Positions 53,804 to 64,000 of a DNA stretch of 64,000 bases are shown here, one piece after another (the stretch's first letter is position 1; every line of letters begins with the position of its first letter). The stretch spans positions 34,574 through 98,573 of the IMG/VR virus record IMGVR_UViG_3300045988_140174; one strand, 5' to 3'. Under the pieces are notes generated by a model. That model was given only the letters and a program-made list of their open reading frames with translations, ran no database searches and was not told the origin of the DNA. The position numbers and the translations under genes were made by a program. The stretch is from a virus.

Positions 53804-55543
53804 ATGAATCTGTATGACGCCCTGACTACGGAAGATATTGACCTGATTCGTGCTTACATTGAGGCATATGGCGGCAAGAATGATGAATATGATGCGACTG
53901 GTTGTTGTGTTCAGTCTATGCCGAATACGATGGCGCCGTGGGCAGAGGCTAAGGAGCGTCTCTATACGATGTTCGGTGAGCAGCTTATTCTGAGGAAGTC
54001 CTTTAACTTCTCTAAGGGCGTCGATGAGTTGGCCGATGAAATCAATGATGCTCGTTATCGCAGAGATGGCAATGGTATCTCTGAGATGGACAATTTGATT
54101 CGTGAAAATTTCTGGCCTCGGAATATTTATTCCGCTTTGGGTCTGGATGATGACCAGGCGGATAATATTTGTCGGCTGATTGATTCCTATATGCTGGCTA
54201 ATAACTCTTGGAGCCGCACTGAGTTCACTGTGAATGGCGTTCGTGTGAATACTGGTGCTAAGGCTGTGAAGATTCTGGGCAAGATTCTCGCCACTTTTGA
54301 GAACCCTGAGTGGAACGAAATCTTTGAGCAGTTCCGCCTGGAACATTCTCGTATTCTCAATCAGAAGAAGCTGACTGGCGAACTGTGCCTGTCTATTCAT
54401 CCTCTGGATTATATGACTATGAGTGATAACAACGAGGGTTGGGACAGTTGTATGAGCTGGCAGGCTTGCGGTGATTATCGTCAGGGCACCGTAGAGATGA
54501 TGAACTCTCCTTGTGTCGTGGTGGCATATCTGCGAAATCCCGGCTATGAGATGGACATTCCCGATGGTCATTGGAACAGCAAGAAGTGGCGTTGCCTGTT
54601 TGTTGTCGACCGCGATGTTATTGTTAATATCCGCGAGTATCCCTATTGTAATGATGAACTGGTAGGCGAGTGCCTGAATTGGTTGAAGAGCCTGGCCGAG
54701 AAGAACCTTCATTATCAGTATCGTGATACTACTTGTCGGTATCGCGCAGATTGCGAGAATAGTGTTCAGGTTGGCGAGAAGAAAATTCCTGTGAATTTTT
54801 CTACTGGTCATATGTATAGCGATTTCCGTTTTGAGCATCTGATGTATCTGAATGCCGCTCTGCCGGATAATATTAACATTTATTACTCTGGTGTGAGTGA
54901 GTGCCTGGGTTGCGGTAAGACTTCTAGCGGCTATGATGAAAGTCTCCTGAGTTCCAACGATTTGATTTGTCATAGCTGTAATGGCGATGGCGAATGCGAA
55001 GAGTGTGGTCGTTATTGCGATGCTGAGGAATTGTATGAGGTTGAGGGCCGTTTGATTTGTCAGAATTGCTATGATAACGAGACTGCTGAGTGTCCTGTTT
55101 GTCAGCGTGAGGTTGACCTCCACAATGAAAAGTGTGAAGATTGGCGCGACCAATTGCCTGACCCTGAACGCCATTTCATCCGTAGCGATAATACATTTGA
55201 AATCGCGTTCAATGGCTATATCACTCATCTTCACTTTGATACTCTGTGTGAGTGTTGTGCTAAGAAAATTCGTTCTGGCGAAATCAAGGATTATGGCCCC
55301 GTTGAGCAGTTTGTTGATAAGTGGAGCATTTCCCATACCTATCTGGATTTGGAGAAGATGACTGAGGACGCTGTTCAGGATGTTATTCCTTGGAACGGTA
55401 AGGGCTGGATGGAGCATCGCAGAGATAATCCTAACCGCAGTTGGGTAAGTCTCAAAACAGGATATTGCGATTTTGATAAGGGTTATTTCATTGATGAAGA
55501 CGGGAACGAAATCGAAAATCCTCGCAAAATCTTCTTCTCCTAA
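53804..55543 (+). CDS. large Cys-rich protein, 579 aa (paralog of 58165..59628); family unknown
   Basis: shared core LSIHPLDY...W.SC...Y..G......Y.......WNSKKWRCL...YPY; C-terminal zinc-ribbon cluster. Confidence 0.75.
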   Translation: MNLYDALTTEDIDLIRAYIEAYGGKNDEYDATGCCVQSMPNTMAPWAEAKERLYTMFGEQLILRKSFNFSKGVDELADEINDARYRRDGNGISEMDNLIRENFWPRNIYSALGLDDDQADNICRLIDSYMLANNSWSRTEFTVNGVRVNTGAKAVKILGKILATFENPEWNEIFEQFRLEHSRILNQKKLTGELCLSIHPLDYMTMSDNNEGWDSCMSWQACGDYRQGTVEMMNSPCVVVAYLRNPGYEMDIPDGHWNSKKWRCLFVVDRDVIVNIREYPYCNDELVGECLNWLKSLAEKNLHYQYRDTTCRYRADCENSVQVGEKKIPVNFSTGHMYSDFRFEHLMYLNAALPDNINIYYSGVSECLGCGKTSSGYDESLLSSNDLICHSCNGDGECEECGRYCDAEELYEVEGRLICQNCYDNETAECPVCQREVDLHNEKCEDWRDQLPDPERHFIRSDNTFEIAFNGYITHLHFDTLCECCAKKIRSGEIKDYGPVEQFVDKWSISHTYLDLEKMTEDAVQDVIPWNGKGWMEHRRDNPNRSWVSLKTGYCDFDKGYFIDEDGNEIENPRKIFFS

Positions 55544-55564
55544 CTGGTTCAATATAAAGTATTT

Positions 55565-55592
55565 TGATTTTTTTAAAAAAAAATTATATAAT
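55565..55592 (+). promoter_or_regulatory. cassette L8 promoter TTGATT-16-TATAAT
   Basis: conserved cassette. Confidence 0.55.
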
Positions 55593-55654
55593 ATATATGT
55601 AAGGTAAAGGAAGACCTTACAACAAAAATAAATTTTTGAAAGAGGTATACAAAT

Positions 55655-56062
55655 ATGAAGACTACCGATCGCACCACTAAGCGTGATTTTTATGAGGCTA
55701 TTATCAAGGCTATGGAGACTGGCGAGACTGACGTCGAGCCCACCAAGATTATCGAGTTCTGTGAGAACGAGATTGCCCTGCTGGATAAGAAGGCCGACAA
55801 GGCTAAGGAGCGCGCCGCTGCTAAGAAGGCTGAGGCTGACGAGTTGATGGATAAGGTGTATGCCGTCCTGAGCGATACCGAGTTTATGACTCGTAATGCT
55901 GTGATGGAGGCCCTGGGTGATATGCCCGAGGACGTGACCATCAGCAAGGTCGGCGCAAGATTGACCAAGCTGGTCGGCGCTGAGAAGGTCGAGAAGGCTG
56001 AGCAGACCGTGGCTAATGCCGAGGGCAAGAAGAGCAAAGTGATGGGGTATAGAAAAATCTAA
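55655..56062 (+). CDS. family-A protein (third paralog), 135 aa
   Basis: TKRDFYEAII...ALLDKKADKAK aligns with 29013 and 30202 family-A genes. Confidence 0.7.
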   Translation: MKTTDRTTKRDFYEAIIKAMETGETDVEPTKIIEFCENEIALLDKKADKAKERAAAKKAEADELMDKVYAVLSDTEFMTRNAVMEALGDMPEDVTISKVGARLTKLVGAEKVEKAEQTVANAEGKKSKVMGYRKI

Positions 56063-56085
56063 TCGGGACACACCGATTCTTGAAT

Positions 56086-56117
56086 GAGGTTAGGATTTAA
56101 TTCCTAACCTCATTTTT
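56086..56117 (+). terminator. intrinsic terminator
   Basis: GAGGTTAGGATTTAATTCCTAACCTC + T5. Confidence 0.75.
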
Positions 56118-56201
56118 CTATGGGTCTGCTCCGGGCGAGGTCGGGGGTAAAGACCGAAAACCCAAATTAAAATATGGCTTACTAATTTTTTAACCAATTT
56201 A

Positions 56202-56230
56202 TTGACATATATTAAAAAATATGCTATAAT
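56202..56230 (+). promoter_or_regulatory. promoter TTGACA-17-TGCTATAAT
   Basis: consensus. Confidence 0.6.
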
Positions 56231-56254
56231 AAAAACAAAAAAGGATTTATTATA

Positions 56255-57067
56255 ATGAGATATTGTTTGAAATATATAAAAAATCAATATATCCAAGAGG
56301 CTGATGAAATTCTATTCGCAGATAATCATGGTGATGATATGATTGACGCAATAGAACAATATCCTCACGCGGATTTTATTTATGAGGTCGTTGATGAGCC
56401 TGATTGGGATTATTTAAAAATGATTAATAGCAAACTAAATGAAACTGATCGACGATTAATCATTTCTACATTATATACTAAAATTGCCCAAGAGGCAAAA
56501 GAAAATGGATTGGCATTTTATTTTTCATTTGCTATTAATAATTTCGCGGATTTACAAGCCGTGTGTGAATTAAGGGCTTGTTATGCGCTTATTACGGCTC
56601 CAATCTTTTTTGAGCAGGATAAATTGGAAAAATTTTCCATTCCACTTCGCTATCGTGCCAATGTTGCATATAGTGGTATTTTGACTACAAAGCGCGTAAA
56701 TGCGAATGCGGCATTTATTCGTCCTGAGGATGTAGACCTTTATGATTATGATACAACAACCATTGAGTTTGGCGCAACCCATACTGAACAAGAAGAGGTT
56801 TTATACCGTCTATATAAATATAATAAGCGTTGGCCGGGCGATTTAAATATGGTAATTACAACTCTTAATGTCGTGCCTGCGCCAATGAATCGAATGATTG
56901 GCCCAGACTTCGGCAAGCATAGATTGAACTGCGGTCAACGATGCGTAGAAGGCGATACTCTTCAATGTCATTTATGCCATAATCAGATGGCATTAGCAAA
57001 TCCGTCAAAAATTAAGGATTATATAGATAATGTAATTTTACCAGTTAGACAAGAAAAGATAAATTGA
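56255..57067 (+). CDS. hypothetical protein, 270 aa (AT-rich, no TAG)
   Basis: RBS AAAAAGGATTTATTATA-ATG. Confidence 0.65.
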   Translation: MRYCLKYIKNQYIQEADEILFADNHGDDMIDAIEQYPHADFIYEVVDEPDWDYLKMINSKLNETDRRLIISTLYTKIAQEAKENGLAFYFSFAINNFADLQAVCELRACYALITAPIFFEQDKLEKFSIPLRYRANVAYSGILTTKRVNANAAFIRPEDVDLYDYDTTTIEFGATHTEQEEVLYRLYKYNKRWPGDLNMVITTLNVVPAPMNRMIGPDFGKHRLNCGQRCVEGDTLQCHLCHNQMALANPSKIKDYIDNVILPVRQEKIN

Positions 57068-57092
57068 CAATTTTATTTAAATATTATATAAT
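57064..57092 (+). promoter_or_regulatory. cassette L9 promoter TTGACA-17-TATAAT
   Basis: variant of the cassette. Confidence 0.55.
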
Positions 57093-57124
57093 ATTTATAT
57101 AAAATAAGAAAGGAAGATTGATAG

Positions 57125-58165
57125 ATGCGAGTGATGAAAGATTCTGAGTATCTAGCATTTAAGCAGTTAGCCAAGCTCACTCAAGATCAAATGATTAGGG
57201 CTATGCGTGCGGTGTTAGAGGCTCGTTATACCGATATTATCGCAACAAAGGAATATATTGTAGCCAAGGGAGATATTCCTATCGGATTGGTTGCCCATAT
57301 GGATACAGTGTTCCCGCTTCCTCCTACTGAAATTTATTATGATACTACACAAAATGTTGTGTGGAGTCCGCAGGGTCTTGGAGCTGATGACCGCGCCGGT
57401 ATATTTGCGATTCTTCAAATTCTGAAGACTACAAAATTGCGTCCGCATATTATTTTGACAACTGATGAAGAGAAGGGCGGATGGGGCGCATACGCCCTTG
57501 TTGAACAGCATCCAGATTTTCCGTTTGATGATTTGAAATATCTGATTCAGTTGGACCGCCAGGGCGCGAATGATTGTGTGTTTTATGATGGTATCAATGA
57601 AGATTTTATCCGTTATGTATCTTCTTTTGGTTTCGTAGAGCATATTGGTTCATTCAGCGATATTAGTATTCTGTGTCCATTCTGGGATGTGTGCGGTGTC
57701 AATCTTTCTGTCGGTTATAAAAATGAGCATAGTCTCATTGAAACATTAAATATTAGCCATTTGTTCGATACCATCCAAAAGGTGAAGAGAATGTTAATGG
57801 TGAAGGAAATTCCTGACTTTGAGTGGAAGGAAAAATACTATCCTTATTTCACTAATGGGTATCCTCTGGATGATGACATTGATGAGTATAGCGCGGCTTA
57901 TGGTTATAATTGGGTAAATGATAAACGCTCTGTTGATGCTTATACAGTAATTTGTCATAATTGTAAGAAGCCATTTTATAATTATGAAACATTCCCCACT
58001 AAGAAAATTGATGGTGGAACTATGTTCTTGTGCCCCGATTGTGTGGGCGACCATGCTAATTGGTGCGATTGTTGTGGCGAAGCATTTGAGCGTACACCGG
58101 AAAATGCCGGGGCTACTCTTTGCCCTGACTGTGCGAAAATTGAGAAGATTAAGGTTAAAGGTTAA
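57125..58165 (+). CDS. M20/M42-family metallopeptidase-like protein with C-terminal zinc-ribbon domain, 346 aa
   Basis: GLVAHMDTV, GADDRAG, TTDEEKGGWGA, GYKNEHS metal/catalytic motifs; C-terminal CHNC...CPDC...CDCC...CPDC. Confidence 0.65.
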   Translation: MRVMKDSEYLAFKQLAKLTQDQMIRAMRAVLEARYTDIIATKEYIVAKGDIPIGLVAHMDTVFPLPPTEIYYDTTQNVVWSPQGLGADDRAGIFAILQILKTTKLRPHIILTTDEEKGGWGAYALVEQHPDFPFDDLKYLIQLDRQGANDCVFYDGINEDFIRYVSSFGFVEHIGSFSDISILCPFWDVCGVNLSVGYKNEHSLIETLNISHLFDTIQKVKRMLMVKEIPDFEWKEKYYPYFTNGYPLDDDIDEYSAAYGYNWVNDKRSVDAYTVICHNCKKPFYNYETFPTKKIDGGTMFLCPDCVGDHANWCDCCGEAFERTPENAGATLCPDCAKIEKIKVKG

Positions 58166-59628
58166 TGAAGAGTTATAATTTAGATGAACTAAAACAGCAA
58201 GTCAAACACGTATTAGAGTATAGTCAGGGTATTTATGATGTGAGTGAGGACGCTCTTGATAATATGATGAGTGAATGGGAGCGTAATAAAGCACGATTCA
58301 TTAATGATTTTATGGGCGGCAAACTCATTGTGGAGTTGCCAGGCAAACGCTCCTTTCATTTGGGAGAAAAGGCAAAACTCAAGAAATACAATGATTTTTT
58401 GGATTATGTTGTTCTGCGAATGAATAATTATGAGTTATGCCGATTTATTGAAGCGCAGGGCGAAGAAGGATTTTATGAGAACACCGTAAAAACTGGTTGG
58501 GACCATACTAAGAGTGATACATTTATTTCGCCGGGATCTAAACTAATACGAGCATTTAAATATTTCATTGAAGATAAGGATTTGCTGGAAACTGTTCAGA
58601 ATGAGGCCAGTCGTATTATTCAAGGAGACTGTATCGAAGGCATTCTTTGTATATCAGTCCATCCTCTTGATTACCTCAGTTTAAGTGAAACTACATATAA
58701 CTGGCGTTCTTGCCATGCTCTTGATGGCGAATATCGCGCTGGTGATTTGAGTTATTTGATGGATGGTAGCACATTTATCTGTTATCTGAGAGGCGATGAT
58801 AAACAAAACCTCCCTTCATTTCCCGATGATTTGCTCTGGAATAGTAAGAAGTGGCGTTGTTTGGGCTTCTTGGCTGATGATGAAAATGGTATCATTATGG
58901 GCCGTCCTTATCCCTATGAGGCCGCAGATATTATTAATGAACTTCGTTGGGAAGTGTTTAATAGAGAATGGAATTTGGGCCTTGGTAGTTGGCGCGCAGA
59001 CGCCATTCGTTCGGTTCAAGACCGCTTAACTAACTGGGATGAAGATTTGAATCGTACTTATATCCCTTGGAATGGCCGTCTTGTAGAACTTGATAAAACT
59101 GTTCATGATTGTCCAAGTCCTACTCATTATAATGATATTCTTTTATCCAGTTGTTATTTGCCTATTTATGCTCGTGGTAAAGGATATTTTGGCAAAAATG
59201 ATTGGAAGAAGGTTCAGTATCATATTGGACACTCAGTAATGTGTATCCATTGTAATTCTGAGTATGTGTCTCCTGGTGATGGCACGATGATGTGCCATTC
59301 TTGTGAGATTAGATATGGCAATTCTGACAGTGATGATATTGTTTATTGTGAGAATTGCGGTTGTCGTTTATGGTATGAAGACGCAATTGTTGTTGGAGAC
59401 AATGGAAATTATCTTTGTGATGAATGCGCTAGTAGAATCACTAAAACTTGTAGAGATTGCGGTAATCCATATTACATTGATGATTTAACATACCATAAAG
59501 ATGATGAAGATGAAAACGGCGGATATTATTTGTGCGGATGGTGCGAGCAAGATAGACAGGACACGGAAGAAATCGCAGAAGATGAATCTTCTACTACTAC
59601 TATCAACTTTGATGAGTTTGATCTGTAG
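58165..59628 (+). CDS. large Cys-rich protein, 487 aa (paralog of 53804..55543)
   Basis: shared HPLDY/WNSKKWRCL/YPY core and zinc ribbons. Confidence 0.75.
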   Translation: MKSYNLDELKQQVKHVLEYSQGIYDVSEDALDNMMSEWERNKARFINDFMGGKLIVELPGKRSFHLGEKAKLKKYNDFLDYVVLRMNNYELCRFIEAQGEEGFYENTVKTGWDHTKSDTFISPGSKLIRAFKYFIEDKDLLETVQNEASRIIQGDCIEGILCISVHPLDYLSLSETTYNWRSCHALDGEYRAGDLSYLMDGSTFICYLRGDDKQNLPSFPDDLLWNSKKWRCLGFLADDENGIIMGRPYPYEAADIINELRWEVFNREWNLGLGSWRADAIRSVQDRLTNWDEDLNRTYIPWNGRLVELDKTVHDCPSPTHYNDILLSSCYLPIYARGKGYFGKNDWKKVQYHIGHSVMCIHCNSEYVSPGDGTMMCHSCEIRYGNSDSDDIVYCENCGCRLWYEDAIVVGDNGNYLCDECASRITKTCRDCGNPYYIDDLTYHKDDEDENGGYYLCGWCEQDRQDTEEIAEDESSTTTINFDEFDL

Positions 59629-59747
59629 TCATTAAATACAAGACCTATATATTATATACACGATGAAAATGGCGAATGGATACCTATTACGCGAGTGCGT
59701 CAAATACCTCCGCCAGAACGTGAATAATTATTTAAATATTTAAGGAG

Positions 59748-60046
59748 TGATTATTATAGCACGCGGAAGTATTGCTAAGGAAAATGTCGCTAAAGTGCTT
59801 GCTGAATCATTTGGCAAGGACTGGATTGGCGAGTCTGATAAGAAATATTATGTTTGGGCTAATGATGGCGGTGAGCGCGTTCAAATCGCTATTAGTTTGA
59901 CCTGTCCAAAGAATCCAGTAGGAGCCGCAATATCTCCTACAAGTAATGAAATCAATTTTGAGGCCGAGCCTGAGAGACCTGTAATGGAGATTACTCCTGA
60001 TGAACAGGAAATGATTGACAGACTTAAGGCTGAATTGAATCTTTAA
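59748..60046 (+). CDS. hypothetical protein, 99 aa (GTG start)
   Basis: RBS TAAGGAG-GTG. Confidence 0.55.
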
Positions 60047-60050
60047 TATA

Positions 60051-60085
60051 ATGAGATAAGTCATTTGACTTATCTCATTTTTTTT
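60051..60085 (+). terminator. intrinsic terminator
   Basis: ATGAGATAAGTCA-TT-TGACTTATCTCAT + T7. Confidence 0.8.
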
Positions 60086-60125
60086 GTTATAATTTAAATA
60101 GAATTAGATTATAAGGAGATTTAAA

Positions 60126-60827
60126 ATGTATAATCAAATTATTGAAGAATTAGAAGTTCTTAAATAGAATTTTGATAGTGAAGATATTGTATCATATCAA
60201 TTACTTTTAATTAAAATTAAGAAAATTATTGATTTGATTAATGATAAACAACTTGAGGAAGCAGATAAAAGCAAATTATCTAATTATATTCGAGATTATT
60301 TAGCAAGTTTGCATTTAAATAGAATTTTCACAATTTCTGATTTGAATGAATTATTTATTCCAGAAGTGAAAGATTTAGATATTGGTAATAAAAATATTTA
60401 TATTACAATTTTTAATTTATTCGTGGAAGAATTATCTGATGTAGATAATATTTTTTCTCAAAAACTTAAATACTGTATTACAAATATGATTTCTAGAATT
60501 GCTGCTTCTGTAGATGAAACAATGGTTACAGAAGATAAAACTCAAGAAACTGTAATTAATGAACCTGTTCAAATTATTCCAACTATAAATACAGTAAATA
60601 CTAATTCATTCGATTTGGATATTGATATTACTAATAAAAATTATTTGAAAGAATATATTATGCGTAAAAATTTAAAACCTTATAGATGTGATATTTGTGG
60701 ATTAAGTTCCTGGCAAAACAATCCTCTTATGCTATATTTATACAGTAAAAATCATATTTATTCAAATAAAAATTTAGAAAATTTGATGTTTTTATGCCCT
60801 AATTGCTATTCTCAGATTGGAGAGTAA
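60126..60827 (+). CDS. HNH-like endonuclease-domain protein, 233 aa, 1 in-frame TAG
   Basis: C-terminus YRCDICGLSSWQNN...LYSKNHIYSNKNLENLMFLCPNCY; RBS TAAGGAGATTTAAA-ATG. Confidence 0.5.
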
Positions 60828-60830
60828 TTT

Positions 60831-62018
60831 ATGTATTATAATTCTTATAATTAGAATTATTTTAATGAATTAAATAAAATATTCAATAAATTTGATACTA
60901 ATAATATTAATGATTATTATAATTTATTTAAATTAATATATGATATATATTTTAATGAAAATGTATTTATAATTGTTAATGATGATATAAAATATCAATT
61001 AGAATCAAATTTAAAATTACTTATTAAAAAAAATAATTGGTTTATAGATTTTGAACAAACTGAAAAAAATATATTAATTTCATTATTTATTATAATTACT
61101 TAGAAAATTAATTTTGGAAATTATTATCAAATTAATAATACATTAAAACAATAGATTGAATCATTATTATTAGATAAAAATTTAATTAATGAAAAAATGA
61201 TTCATGATAGTAAAAATGTTTTTCATTTAGTTGATAGTTTTCCTGAAAATGAAAGTATGATTAAATTTTTTAAGCAATATAATATTGATATTATGAATTA
61301 GGAATTTTTAACTATTGGTAATACGAAAATTCCTAATTTTTATTTAAAACAAAAAAATAAAATGATAGATCATTATTATGAATTTTGCCATTTATTATTT
61401 AAAATTTATAGTCCAATCTTATATTATGGTGTTTCATTTGAAGAAGGATATGAATATAAAATAACTAATAAAGATATTGTATTTGATTGTGGCGGAAATA
61501 TGGGACTATTCGCGCTATACTGTGCTTCAAAAGGCGCGCAAGTATATTGTTTTGAGCCTATGTCTTATATTAGAGATTTTTTATATGAGAGTCAAAAATT
61601 ATATCCTGATTTAATCCATATTATTCCTTGTGGAGTGTTTAATAGAAATTAGGAACAATATTTTTCTCAAACCTATAATCCAGGAGCTGGATCGAATTCA
61701 ATATTTCATGAATTAGAATATACATCTGATAGATTATATAAAGAAAAATGTAAGTTAATTACATTAGATTCATTTAGTTAGAATAATCATATTATTCCTA
61801 CATTTATTAAAGCAGATATTGAAGGGTCTGAAGCACAAATGCTTGAAGGCGCTTCACAAATTTTACAAACATATAAACCAACTATGAATATTTGTTTAAA
61901 TCATCGGACGGAAGACCAATATAATATTCCTACCCTTATTTATAATATCAATTCTAATTATTCATTTTATTATTTTATTGAAGGAGAAATACATTCTAAA
62001 TTTGTATTGTGTAAATAA
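60831..62018 (+). CDS. FkbM-family SAM-dependent methyltransferase with a 177-aa N/I/K/Y-rich N-terminal extension, 395 aa, 6 in-frame TAG
   Basis: DCGGNMGLFALY...FEP and IKADIEGSE motifs; single frame from ATG 60831 through track ORF 61362..61652 to TAA 62016. Confidence 0.55.
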
Positions 62019-62020
62019 AT

Positions 62021-62974
62021 ATGCCAAATATTATTTTAACAGAATATTGTAATCTTCAATGCCCTTACTGTTTTGCTAGTAAAATGATTGAAGAAAAAAC
62101 AGATGATACTAAAAATATTTCTCTTGAATAGTTAGATATGATTTTAAAATGGTTATTACCTTCAGCAACAAATTTAGATCGGATTGGATTAATTGGAGGA
62201 GAACCTACTTTACATCCTTAGTTTAGAGAGATATTAGGTAGAATAAATTCATTTAATGAATTTACAAATACTTCTTCAATAGTATTTACGAATGGAATTA
62301 ATTTAAGTGAATTTTTATCTGCTATTGGACCAAATATGTCAATTTTAATTAATGTAAATAAATTGACTGGTAAATCATTAAATAAACTTAATAGTGTATT
62401 AGATGAAATTAATTATTTAAGTTGGTTTAAAATTGATAAAGTTATTTTAGGATGTAATTTATATCAAAATGAAAATGATTATTCTTATTTTTGGAATGTA
62501 GTTGATAAATATCCAGATATTTTAAGAATAAGAATGTCTATTACTGCACCCAATAGCAAAGAATTAAGAGTAAATAAAAAATTGTATTATACTATTATGA
62601 AACCTATATTATTACAATTTTTAGAAGAAACTAAAAAACGTGATATAAAAATTTCATATGATTGTAATTAGATTCCGTTATGTTTATTAAACAATGAAGA
62701 ATAGAATTTAATAAATCAATTAGGGGAATTAAATAGTTTTTGTGAGCCCGTTATAGATATTACTCCAGATTTTAAAGCTACTTGCTGTTTTGGTGTTTAT
62801 GATAATCCCATTCAATGTAATGATTTTAATAATATCGAAGAATTAACTAGATATTTTAAAAATCAAATAGTAATAAAAACTATAAATAATAACACTTCCA
62901 TGTGCAAAGATTGTAAAAAATTACAACTTGCTCAATGTCAAGGAGGATGTTTATCATTTTCTAATGTTGGGTAA
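62021..62974 (+). CDS. radical SAM enzyme with C-terminal SPASM/twitch domain, 317 aa, 4 in-frame TAG
   Basis: CNLQCPYC (Cx3Cx2C), GGEPTLHP; C-terminal CCFGVY...C...CKDCKKLQLAQCQGGC. Confidence 0.7.
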
Positions 62975-63032
62975 GTATAAGTAATAAAGTTTTATAATTT
63001 TTTAATTCTAAAAAAGAAGGAGGAATTTTTTT

Positions 63033-63470
63033 ATGGCAAATATTACTTATGAATTAATTTTTAAATTTGCTTCTGGTAAAGAGGTAAATTTTATCGATGA
63101 AGAACATACATTTTCTATTGTAGAAGATTATCGTTCTCCAGTTCTTTTAACCCCTCAAATGTTTGGTATTGATGATTTACGTGAGTATTATGCATTATTA
63201 TTAATTGATGGTAAGCCTATGGAGGATTATGCATCAAATTATTGTAATTTTAAAAATTTTGGTAATTCTATTGTTGATTTGCTTAATAATAAAGATACTA
63301 TTTCAGAAATTATTTTAAAAGATATTGATACTAAAGGAGAATATTTTCATATAAATTCTGATCAATTAGTAGGTATTGAAGCTGGCGGAGGAACTGATAG
63401 AGGCTTTGATAATATAATGGTATACCGCATACAAATTTATTATAAAAAAGTTGGAAAAATAGGTGAGTAA
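63033..63470 (+). CDS. hypothetical protein, 145 aa
   Basis: RBS AAGAAGGAGGAATTTTTTT-ATG. Confidence 0.65.
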   Translation: MANITYELIFKFASGKEVNFIDEEHTFSIVEDYRSPVLLTPQMFGIDDLREYYALLLIDGKPMEDYASNYCNFKNFGNSIVDLLNNKDTISEIILKDIDTKGEYFHINSDQLVGIEAGGGTDRGFDNIMVYRIQIYYKKVGKIGE

Positions 63471-63472
63471 TA

Positions 63473-64000
63473 ATGGGAGCTAATGCTACATCTGCGGGTA
63501 ATTTAGTTAAACTATCTGATTTAGATGCGCTATATTTACGTTTATATAATTTAAAAGTAGCTCATATTAATGATGCAGATTAGATTAATAAACCTGCTCT
63601 AACAGTTCCACCCAAAAGTAGTGGATTAACCCAAGGTAATAAAGTAGAAGTTTCAACCGCTAAAATTGCTACATTAAAATCTGAACTAGCAAATTTAGCT
63701 CAATCAAAATGGTATTAGTCTAATACGGAGAATACTATAGTAACAATGACAGATTTTAGTACAAATATTAAAGTACCTAATGTAGGAGATTTATTAAAAA
63801 GCGTAGATTTTAATTTAATTGAAACTGCTATTACCTCTGCTGAAACTATTATACCTACTTATTCAAATAAATATAATACTCGTTATAGTTTTTGTTATAG
63901 TGGTCATTATAGTTCTGATTATAGTGCCTGTTATGATAGTCGTTATGGTACTTGTTATAGTAATTGTTATGGAGGCCGTTATAGTACTCGATATGGTACT
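63473..64000 (+). CDS. partial (5' end only) protein with Tyr-every-4th-residue Cys-rich repeat, more than 175 aa, 2 in-frame TAG
   Basis: RBS AGGTGAGTAATA-ATG; RYSF CYSG HYSS DYSA CYDS RYGT CYSN CYGG RYST RYGT at the window edge. Confidence 0.55.

Overview
This 64-kb window looks like one contiguous tailed-phage genome segment with two unusual properties: in-frame TAG codons in conserved genes of the AT-rich blocks (stop-codon recoding), and a three-way compositional mosaic. (1) Positions 1-17.9 kb are AT-rich (about 30% GC). They carry a minus-strand late/structural module: terminase large subunit, portal-like protein, scaffold-like protein, capsid-like proteins and a small endonuclease. 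These genes only form full-length ORFs if TAG is read as a sense codon (TerL has about 10 in-frame TAGs). A short plus-strand block (16.1-17.9 kb) includes an AbrB-like regulator. (2) Positions 17.9-33.3 kb are GC-rich (about 50% GC). This block is packed with small plus-strand genes. Each gene has near-consensus sigma70/sigmaA-type promoters (TTGACA-17-TATAAT), AGGAGG-type RBSs and GC hairpin terminators. This block also contains an array of 18-bp palindromes, T-depleted and C-depleted stretches with a G-quadruplex motif, and 7-8 copies of a composite element in which a plus promoter, a GC hairpin and a face-to-face minus promoter precede the gene promoter. It further contains an array of promoter-leader modules with tiny ORFs, a duplicated two-gene cassette, a HAD phosphatase, a DnaQ-like exonuclease, an HD hydrolase and a GIY-YIG protein. 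(3) Positions 33.3-36.5 kb are AT-rich with an iteron/AT-tract array (putative origin), an HTH protein and a ribbon-helix-helix (RHH) protein. (4) Positions 36.5-60.1 kb have intermediate GC (about 42%) and plus-strand operons. They are punctuated about 10 times by a conserved terminator + TTGATT-17-TATAAT + RBS cassette. Genes here include a metallophosphoesterase, a DUF551-like protein, an HNH endonuclease, an AT-rich TAG-containing homing-endonuclease insertion, seven tiny membrane proteins, an M20/M42-like peptidase and two large Cys-rich paralogs. (5) Positions 60.1-64 kb are AT-rich and TAG-containing again. They carry an HNH-like gene, an FkbM-type methyltransferase, a radical SAM/SPASM enzyme and a protein with a C-terminal (C/R/H/D)-Y-(S/G)-x tetrapeptide repeat. 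No tRNA, rRNA, CRISPR array or integrase was recognised by eye. Coordinates counted by hand from the ORF-track anchors may be off by a few nt.
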